From positions 19,062,492 to 19,105,286 of the forward strand of contig NC_068989.1 in the NCBI RefSeq assembly GCF_001194135.2: a stretch of 42,795 bases of DNA, read 5' to 3'. Below are positions 34,261 to 42,795 of the stretch, piece by piece. Made by a program: the position numbers and the translations under genes. The notes below the pieces were generated by a model. The model was not told the DNA's origin, searched no databases, and was given only the letters and a program-made list of their open reading frames with translations. Each line of letters begins with the position of its first letter. Positions within the stretch are counted from its first letter, which is position 1. The stretch comes from Octopus bimaculoides. Lineage: Eukaryota.

Positions 34261-34289
34261 TCCCAGCTGAGGTATCAAATTGTTAGGCT

Positions 34290-35620
34290 AGGTTATGAAA
34301 GTTACAGAGAAGGTCAAAGTTTAACTAATTAGGAAGTGAGTTAACCTGGATAAGATGCAGGTGAGTTTTGTGCTACGTAGGAGCACTACTAGTGCTATCT
34401 TACTGATAAGGCAACTGCAGGAGAAGTATTTAGCCAAGAATTAACCTCTGTACTTGGCTTTTGTAGATTTAGAGAAAGCCTTCGACAGAGTACCCTGTTC
34501 CCTCATCTGGAGGTCAATGCAGAAGCGAAGGATAGATGAGGTGGTTGGTGAGAGCAGTAAAAGCCATGTACAGTGATGCTGTCAGTAAGGTGAAGGTCAG
34601 GAATTAAGTGTACACATAGGAGTACACCAAGCATTGGTTCTCAGCCCTCCCTTGTTTATCATAGTCCTCCGAGCCATAACAGAGGAATTTAAGATTGGCT
34701 ATCCTTGGGAGCTTCTCTATGCTGATGACCTTGTTCTTATAGCTGAATCACTACCTGAACTTGAGAAGAAATTTCAGGTGTGGAAGCATGGTCTGAAATC
34801 AAAAGGCCTTAGAGTTAATTTAGTTAGGAAAAAGGACAAATTTCAAATCCCAGCATGGAGATGGCCCTGTTCAATATCTAGGAAAGGTGTTGGTAGAAAC
34901 TCCTTGTGGTGTATCCAGCGCTATCATGCAAAGGTTAATAGAAAAAGTAGACTTTGTGTGTGGCAGATGTGCAGGTACAATAAACACTAAAAATGTACAG
35001 AGAATCGACTTCCTCAAATGTTGGTAGGATGTATGGGTGCCCTTAGAAATAGTAGATGGCTCCCGTTACCTATGTGATGAAGTCAGTAGTGGAGGAGGAA
35101 GTTCTGAAAGCATAGTTGCTAGAATAAGAATAGGCTGGGCAAAGTTCAGAGAGCTACTACCTTTGTTGGTAACAAAGGGCCTCTTCCTAAGAGTGAAAGG
35201 CATATTGTATGATGCCTGTGTATGTACAGCTATGCTACATGGCAGTGAAATATGGGCTGTTATTATATAGGACATGCATAGGCTTGAAAGAAATGAAGCC
35301 ACTATGCTCCACTGGATTAGTAATGTCTGTGTGCATGTATGGCAGAGTGTAAATGATTTAAGAGAAAAATTAGGTATAAGAGGCATCAGCTGTAGTGCGC
35401 AAGAGAGAAGTTTGTGCTGGTATGGTCATGTGATGCATATGGATGAGAACAGCTGTGTAAAGAAGTGCTGATCTCTAACTGTGGAAGGGGTAAACTCCCA
35501 AGAAGATATGGAATGAAGTGGTGAGAAAGGATCTTCAGATGTTGGGCTTCACAGAAGGGATGACAAAGGTCTGAGACTTTTGGTGGTTTGCTGTGCTTAA
35601 GAAGACATGTCAATTTAAAT
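34290..35620 (+). mobile_element. RTE-clade LINE relic
   Basis: FVDLEKAFDRVP, LSPPLFII, LLYADDLVL (YADD at 34718-34729), RIRIGWAKFRELLPLL, LHGSEIW; frameshifted. Confidence 0.9.
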
Positions 35621-35689
35621 AAACTCTGGCCATCCATACATACAGGTATGTCCTCTGTTCCTCTCTAAGCTGAGAGGTTTTTCTCTTGA

Positions 35690-35810
35690 GGATTTGTGGG
35701 TGCTGGTGTCATGTAAAAAGCACTTTTGCTGGTACCACATAAAAAGCACTCAATACACTCTGTGAAGTGGTTCATTTTAGGAAGGGCATCCAGCCGTAGT
35801 AATCATACCA
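35690..35810 (+). mobile_element. RTE-type 3' UTR fragment
   Basis: ggtgtcatgtaaaaagcac repeats and ggaagggcatccagccgtag. Confidence 0.6.
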
Positions 35811-36083
35811 CAATAGGTAATCGGGACCTATATAAACACTTAATTCTTGGACACCTCTCAAAACCAAAACTGACACCAGTCAGTATCACTTTAATTACCA
35901 AATTCTCCTTAAATTGCACCCTACCATTTTAAATAAAGGACATATAAAATAATGTATTCCTAGATACCCCTTAAAAGACAGAGTGGTCACAACTGGAATG
36001 CCATTGCTTATAAGTTTGCTCAAGTAGGGCCAACTAAGTGCTAAACAATGTTAACTAACTTACATTATCATTAGCTTTTGATA

Positions 36084-36280
36084 CATCATCATCGTTTAAC
36101 GTCCGCTTTCCATGCTAGCATGGGTTGGACGATTTGACTGAGGACTGGTGAAACCGGATGGCAACACCAGGCTCCAGTCTGATTTGGCAGAGTTTCTACA
36201 GCTGGATGCCCTTCCTAACGCCAACCACTCCAGAGAGTGTAGTGGGTGCTTTTACGTGTCACCCGCACGAAAACGGCCAC
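36084..36280 (-). mobile_element. Young RTE-type 3' tail copy
   Basis: catcatcatcgtttaacgtccgctttccatgctagcatggg; retains CpGs. Confidence 0.85.
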
Positions 36281-36314
36281 GAAAGAGTATCGCGAAAGGC
36301 CTGGTTGGAGGCCT

Positions 36315-36451
36315 AACCTTCCAAGTTCTTTTATAGGGCTTAGAAAAACTGAAGGACCGCTGCAATAAGTGTATGAATCTAAGAGGGGAATATGTTGAAT
36401 AAAATCATAATTAACTGATCCTCCTGTATTTTCTTTTAGTACCCCCTCATA
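36315..36451 (+). mobile_element. mariner transposase C-terminus and 3' TIR
   Basis: GLEKLKDRCNKCMNLRGEYVE* followed by agtaccccctcaTA. Confidence 0.75.
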
Positions 36452-37000
36452 ATTAGTACTATTTAACGTGATTAGAAGTTCAATGTAAGAGACAATTTTT
36501 ATGGTGTGCCATTTGGACAACATTGATGAATCATGATAACCTGTTATAAAAGATGTTTGAAGGTTTGAACTTAGTATTGTACACTAACATAGTTATTGTA
36601 AATACAGCACTAGACACTCATTTCTTCTCATCAACATGCTGTGGCTAGACTGAATTTTTTCTATTATCATGTCAATTGTTGTCAATGCTAGGAAAAGCTT
36701 CTTTCAGTGGTTTTTTTTTCTTGTTTTCCTCTGTCTAATTATTAATATATATAACCTGTGTCAGTTTCTGTTTATTTAACCAACACTCTTATACAGGTAC
36801 AAGACTAACTTCCCAGACACTGGTGATAATCCACACCAATTTACAAGCAGGGGTCCCGCGATTATCAGACAAGTTTCCTGGTACCTTGAACAGAATAGTA
36901 CCTTGCATATTACATCATCATTGACATCATTAAATGTCCCTTATACAGTATTAACTTGTATCAATTATATTAATGTGCAGGTACCTGTATTTTATTTAAT

Positions 37001-37290
37001 TCATCATCACCATCATTTAACATCTGTTTTCCATGCTGGCATGAGTTGGATGGTTTGAGGGGAGCTGGTAAGACCAAGTGCCACACCAGACTCTTGTCTG
37101 CTTTGGCATGGTTTCTGTGGCTGAATGTCCTTCCTAATGCTAACCACTTTACAGAGTGTACTGGGTGCTTTTTACATGGCACCATCACCAGTGCTTTTTA
37201 CATGGAACTGGCACCAATGTTTCTTATGTGACACCAACACTGGTACTTTTTGCATGGCACCAACACTGGTGCTTTTTACATGGTACCAGC
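37001..37290 (-). mobile_element. Older RTE-type 3' tail with tandem gtgctttttacatggcacc repeats
   Basis: Divergent, CpG-decayed paralogue of 36084-36280. Confidence 0.8.
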
Positions 37291-37563
37291 ACCAACAGAA
37301 TCACCAAGTAAAACTTGCAAGACAAAAACTCCTTCAGAATAATTATTTAAGTGAATTTAATATCTAATTTATATTGTGTTGACCAAAGTGGCTATCCCTG
37401 GTTCAAAAAAATCTGTAATCTGTAAAGGCTTCAGAATCTTTGATTCTCCAAAAAATCAATGTTGTACCAGTATTCTATATCCTATGTCAGTTTCTAGTTG
37501 TTTAACCAACATTTCTCGATATTGTTATTGTATTAACTCTAAATGTTGCTCTTCCTATTGCAG

Positions 37564-37704
37564 GCATACAAAGGATTGGATATTATTACCAACAAGGTCA
37601 CAGCAGAGGAAAGAGCTGAATGTCCACATCATTTGTTGGACTTTGTCAGCCCTTTAAATTTTAAATACACCATAGCTGATTTCCAAGCAGCTTCTATACC
37701 TATT
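37564..37704 (+). CDS. TRIT1: tRNA dimethylallyltransferase, second visible coding exon (141 nt)
   Basis: Acceptor cttcctattgcag|; AYKGLDIITNKVTAEERAECPHHLLDFVSPLNFKYTIADFQAASIPI (YxGLDIxTNK and HH motifs); in phase 0 with the previous exon. Confidence 0.93.
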
Positions 37705-37713
37705 GTATCCTTT
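37705..37713 (+). promoter_or_regulatory. U12-type (minor spliceosome) 5' splice site GTATCCTTT
   Basis: Exact consensus where IPT homology stops. Confidence 0.85.
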
Positions 37714-38534
37714 TACTTAAATATATCAACTATGACATATATTATACAATCTTAAAGCTACTTTTATCCATTTCGTATTAAATTAGTGTGGAGGATTTAA
37801 AATAATCCCCAATTGCTGTCAGATCACAGTACGATATGCTTCCCTTAAAAACTAAAGTTTTGTTTTCATTCACCTTGTTGCTTTTCATTTATTGGGCTGA
37901 TCTATGACCCTTCCCCATTGTTTTTAGGGATATAGGATGTCTAGGGTATATTAGCCAATGTATCCTTGCTTTCCCAAGACTAGGGTTTGATCTGTGTACT
38001 ATTTGGCTACTATTTCTAGCTGATCATATAGATCAAGTCCAAGGACATTATTTGTAATATTGGACAGCGTTATTTGTAGCCTTGCTTAAAGATTTCTTAC
38101 ATGGATGCCAATATCTGTCAGTATGATTGCTCTGGAAAGGATTTTAAACACTGGGTCCACCTATTATCACATACAAAAGCAATATGTGGTAATAGGTGGA
38201 ATTTTTAGGCTCTAGTGTGAAAGACTAAGGGTCAAAGGTTAACTTCAGGTTGCATGGCGTGAGGTTAGTGAAAAGTATATATCCTTGAGGAGGAAATGTA
38301 CCAGAGTATTGCAGGAAACATTTTCAGATGGACTATTGCTGGTCTCTAATTCTAAAGCATTTCCACCTAGGATGTAGGCCCCTGTTCAGTTACTGAGGTC
38401 ATGTAGAATAAAGTGTTCTGACCAGAGGTGTAACAAAAAGCTATGGGCCATCAACAGGTAACCTCAATATCTTATTTACTCAGGTGCCTTACCTTTAGAA
38501 GAAGAATTGATTGTCTTCAGAAATTGACACTTTA

Positions 38535-38917
38535 TCTCTTTATCTTTTATTAGTTTCAATCATTAGATTGTGGCCATGCTGGGGTATCTCCTGAATTTTA
38601 GTTGAACAAATCAACCCCAGTACTTGTTTTTTTTGAAGCCTGGTACTTGTTCTGTTTGTCTCTTCTGCCAAACTGCTAAGTTACAGGGACATAAACATGC
38701 TAACATTGGTTGTCAAGTGGTAGTGGGGGATAAATACACATGCACACACACACACACACGTATGATGGGCTTTCAGTTGCCATCTACCAAATTTACTTAC
38801 AAGGCTTTGGTTGGCCTAAGGCTATAGTAGAAAACACTTGCCAAAGGTGCCATGCAGTGGGACTGAACCAGGAACCATGTGGCTGGAAGGAAACTTCTTA
38901 CTATACACACCTCCACC
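38535..38917 (-). mobile_element. SINE family B, old and CpG-decayed
   Basis: Divergent reverse copy with internal (CA)n. Confidence 0.8.
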
Positions 38918-40781
38918 TTTGTTATTATTTTGTCTTCATGTTTTTATTTTGTTCGTCATATGATTAATCATAAATTGAAATGATATAGAATAATAATGTA
39001 TTGTACAGAGATAAACTATAGATCTTGTCATGTACAAAATGTTGATCACTTATAGATGACATTAATCAGTGCTTCAATACTGTTTCTGTAGCATTATGAA
39101 AATGATAGACAAACTCTCATAGAACATGAAGTTACCATATTTGATTGATGGTAAATAAAACACACTTTTTTTCCCCCAAAAAAGCATCTCAAAAATAATC
39201 GCTCCAGGCTCTATATGCAAAGTTGGGTCTTTCATAAGCTAATTTTGTCCCTAGCTCTCACTTCTTCTTGAACATGTGCTGCTGAAATCCGGGTGTGTCT
39301 AATATGCTCATGCATCTTTTATGCCATTAAATGCAGTAATCTGTTGTGGATAACTTTCCTAGAAAAGCCTATTACCTATTTCCCACAGTTAGGTGTAATA
39401 AACCTTTGTACAGTCGTTTTGGCCAAATGACTACAACTCACAAATGTTATTGTGTTAGAGGACTATGTACTGAATCATGTAGGAAGGAACAATCTTATTA
39501 CTTTAAAAGTCTGTTACTTATTTTGTCAGTCTCTTTGAGGACTTAAAGAAACCAACACTGGTTGTCAAGTGGTGGTGGGGACAAATACAAAGGCACACAT
39601 ACACTTATATAATATACCTTGCGGGGAGAGAGAGTTCTTATATAGACACCTGTCAACATGGTAAGTATTCTAAACATCTGTATGTGATAGGAGATGGTTT
39701 CTTAGGTCCTAGGGTAAGAAATTAGGTCATTGTTTAGTCTTAGTTTCATAGAATATAGTATCAAATAGATATCCTCCTTGGATAGGAAGCATAACAGCAT
39801 TTTGCAATAAACATTTCCACACGGAATATGGTTGGTCTCTATTCTGTACTGAGGCTATGGAGAATTAAAGTGTTCTGATTAGAATCATAACAAAATGCTA
39901 TGTCCAATAAACATATTCATTCAATTATCTTACCTCTAAACTAAGAATTAACTGTAGAATCTGGCAAATTCTCCTGTGCATCTCTATTATTTTGTGTTCA
40001 GAATAAACTTGGCTCTTGGATGCCTGTCCAACCCATGTCAACATGGAAAAGCAGATGTACAATGATGATTGTGATCATCTTCCCCAGCAGCTAGACAGGC
40101 ATCCTATCCAGAGTTCCTTTTCTTATCTGCCATGAAATTAGACAAAGAATCAACCCAATTCTTTCTTGACCACATCTTTCTTAAGCAGTGTTCAAGTTTA
40201 ACATTAACTATATTGATATTGATCTCACTTGTCTAAGAAAGCTAATGAAGGCTGACGAGACTAATTATAAAAATAAATTTACTAATTTAGAGCTTTAAAC
40301 CAGTTCTTAATTCAAAAAAAAGTAGTGAGTAAGAATTTGTCTAGTTGTAACTTGTTGATAGTTTGATCACAAATGCCTGACAAAACTAGTCACTTCAGAA
40401 ATAGTTTGGAGTTAATAGCTAGTTTGATTTAGCCTCTTTGTAGCTGATGAAATATTACAGAAGCTGATGAAATATTTTAGGGGCTGATAAAATAAATACT
40501 ACATAGTAAATATACTGTGAGAAATTATCAAAACTTGATTAGCTTATTGACCAATTAAAAAAAAATTTTATATCGTGTTTTCAATTCATATATGCAAGTA
40601 TGGCTCTGTGGTTGGGAAGCCTGCTTTCCATTTATATAGTCTCAGATCAGGTCAACTATGTAGCACTTTGGGCAAGTCCTAGGCTGCCCAAAGTCTTGTG
40701 AGTGAATCCTATCGAACTATCCAGTCCATGCCAGCAGGGAAAATCGATTTTAAATGATGAAGATGATGATAATGCCATGCT

Positions 40782-41200
40782 AGGTGCTGCTGTGTGGTAA
40801 GATGCTTGCTTCCCAGTTACATGGTTGCAAGTTCAGTCTCACTGTGTAGAACCTTGAGCAAGTATCTTCTGTAGTCTTGGGCCCACTAAAGCCTTGTAAG
40901 CTTGTAAGTGAATTTGGTGGGTGGAAATTGAAAGAAGCCCATTGTGTGTATGTATGTGTGTGTGTGTGTGTGTGTATGTGTGTACACACACGTGTCTGTG
41001 TTTGTTCCTCACCACTGCTTGACAACCAGTGTTGGTGTGTTTACATCCCTGTAAATTAGTGGCCCAGCAAAAGAGATTGATAAAATAAGTACCAGGCTTA
41101 AAATTTAATAAGTTTCAGGGTGAATTTATTTGATTAAAACTTCTTCAAGGTGGTGCCCCAGCATGGCTGCTGTCTAATGATTGAAACAAGTTAAAGAAGA
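40782..41200 (+). mobile_element. SINE family B, old and CpG-decayed
   Basis: ctgtgtggtaag...gcttgacaaccagtgttggtgtg...ggtggtgccccagcatggc...ttgaaacaag. Confidence 0.8.
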
Positions 41201-41879
41201 GACAAAATCATTTTCCGTACTGATCCACTGTTTTGCTGAATCTTTGATCTGGTACTTAATTCTTTGTTCTTCAGTTTACCTACCCAGGTAATGAGTTCTG
41301 GGAAACTTAAACTTGAGTCAATTAGCCACTTACTCTTGGATGAATTTCTCTGCTACTTAATTTTGCCATAGCTGGAATTATGAAGTTTTATGTTTTGAAA
41401 ACATTTCACTTGGTTTTGTATTATTTTCTCATCTTTGTTTAGTTGAGCAGGGCTGTAATGGTCTCTGCTTCTAAGAAATTGTTTGACTCCTACTCTGACT
41501 AACATTTTCTCTCATACTCATGTATTTTATGTGCTAGACATAGTGTACTAACCAAGTTTTTTTTTCTTGGTCTCATAACTGCATCCTTTAGACTTTCCCC
41601 TCCCCAGTTTTCTGGGTTTTTTTTTCACTCTACCCACACTTCACCTCATTCCCCTTACCTGCCCACCCAGCCATCCTAGATTTTATGACCCCTTCTATTT
41701 TGTTTCTCTATCCACCTTTTTGTACCTTGAGTGTATGCCCTGATACTTTATTTCCACCATCCTTTCTCCCTTTCCTGCTGGGATACCCATGTATCTCATC
41801 TGCATCAAGACATTTACTTCTGTCCCTCTATCATACTTTACCCTCTCAGCACCTGGAAACAATGCCACCTTCCTCAGTA

Positions 41880-42134
41880 CTGCATCCCCATTCTGTGAAG
41901 GGGTTTTGTAAGTTATTTGGTGACCTCACTAGTGTTGGTGCTATGAAATAAGCACCCAGTACATTTTGTAAAGTGGTTGGCATTAGAAAGGGCATTCAGC
42001 ATAGACCCTACCATTGGAACTTGGCACATTCTTTGGCTTGTTGGCTCTTGTTGAACTGTCCAACCCATGCCAGTATGGAAGATGGACATTAAATGATGGT
42101 AATATTCAGTTGTTGTCATCATCATCATCATCAT
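41880..42134 (+). mobile_element. Old RTE-type 3' tail
   Basis: ggttggcattagaaagggcatt...ccatgccagtatggaagatggacattaaatgatg...(CAT)n. Confidence 0.75.
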
Positions 42135-42468
42135 TTGTATCTCTATTTTTTCCTCCCATGTTTGTAAGGGTTAGATGAGCCATACTATATCATGTTTTTT
42201 TCCCTCTTTTCTGCCACATAGATTAAGAGGGAAACTGCTAGACCTTGTTATTGTGTAGGTCATGTGTTTTGGCAAGTATTTTTATAGCTGGATGTCCTAT
42301 CACCTTACACTTTACAGCATAGAATGGGTGTACTTTATTATGCTACTGCATTGAGAGTCTGTCTTCTGCCTTATGCAAGGTTTTATCTATATATATAAAA
42401 CAAAGTTTGTGTGTGTGGTACTTATGTTCCTTACAAATTCAAAAACTGAGTTGCTGATTTTGACATAC

Positions 42469-42795
42469 GAGCGAATCAATTTAGATGAGATGCAGTTTGG
42501 GTTCGTGCCAGGTAAAAGCACTACTGATGCCTTATTTCTAGTGAGACAGTTGCAGGAGAAATACCTAGCTAAGGATAAACCTCTGTACCTGGCTTTCGTT
42601 GACATGGAGAAAGCCTTTGACAGGGTCCCCCGATCCCTTATCTGGTGGTCAATGAGGAAACTTGGGATAGAAGAATGGTTAGTGAGAGCTGTGCGAGCCA
42701 TGTACAGAGATGCTGCCAGTAAGGTGAGGGTTGGAAATGAGTACAGCAATGAATTCCGGGTAGAGGTAGGGGTCCACCAAGGTTCCGTCCTCAGC
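42469..42795 (+). mobile_element. Young RTE LINE RT fragment, open frame running off the window end
   Basis: ERINLDEMQFGFVPGKSTTDALFLVRQLQEKYLAKDKPLYLAFVDMEKAFDRVPRSLIWWSMRKLGIEEWLVRAVRAMYRDAASKVRVGNEYSNEFRVEVGVHQGSVLS; 109 codons with no stop. Confidence 0.93.

Noticed and set aside
38170-39520. Possible TRIT1 exon 3 look-alikes (VVIGG near 38185, SYYFKSLL near 39495)
   Set aside because: The GGTNYY motif, U12 branch point and flanking homology are all missing.
42427-42450. TTCCTTAC...AG that would splice TRIT1 exon 2 in frame to the RTE ORF
   Set aside because: One base short of the U12 branch consensus and no transcript evidence; retest only if chimaeric reads appear.

Overview
Eukaryotic, AT-rich, microsatellite-dense draft-assembly DNA with 8 N-gaps. 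The SINE families and repeat landscape suggest an octopus (coleoid cephalopod) genome; this is inferred from recalled repeat families, not from a search. The only host gene I can identify is tRNA dimethylallyltransferase (TRIT1/MiaA/Mod5 family) on the + strand. Two coding exons are visible, 31364-31489 and 37564-37704. The second is followed by a canonical U12 (minor spliceosome) donor, GTATCCTTT, and the next exon was not found in the window. The rest is mostly transposon debris: about 30 tRNA-derived SINE copies or fragments from at least 3 families with swapped 3' tails, a CR1/L2-type LINE whose 3' end matches one SINE family, RTE LINEs, Ty3/Gypsy relics, Tigger/pogo and Tc2-like pieces, a DD36E Tc1-type transposase, a mariner end, a Helitron with its 3' CTAG end, and an R4/Dong relic. 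CpG content drops sharply about 1.4 kb into the TRIT1 gene body. A few low-confidence candidate exons lie at 4.7-9.8 kb. There are no CRISPR arrays, rRNA genes or intact tRNA genes. Most entries in the ORF track are artefacts of microsatellites, SINEs or N-gaps. Repeat boundaries without a stated target-site duplication (TSD) are approximate.
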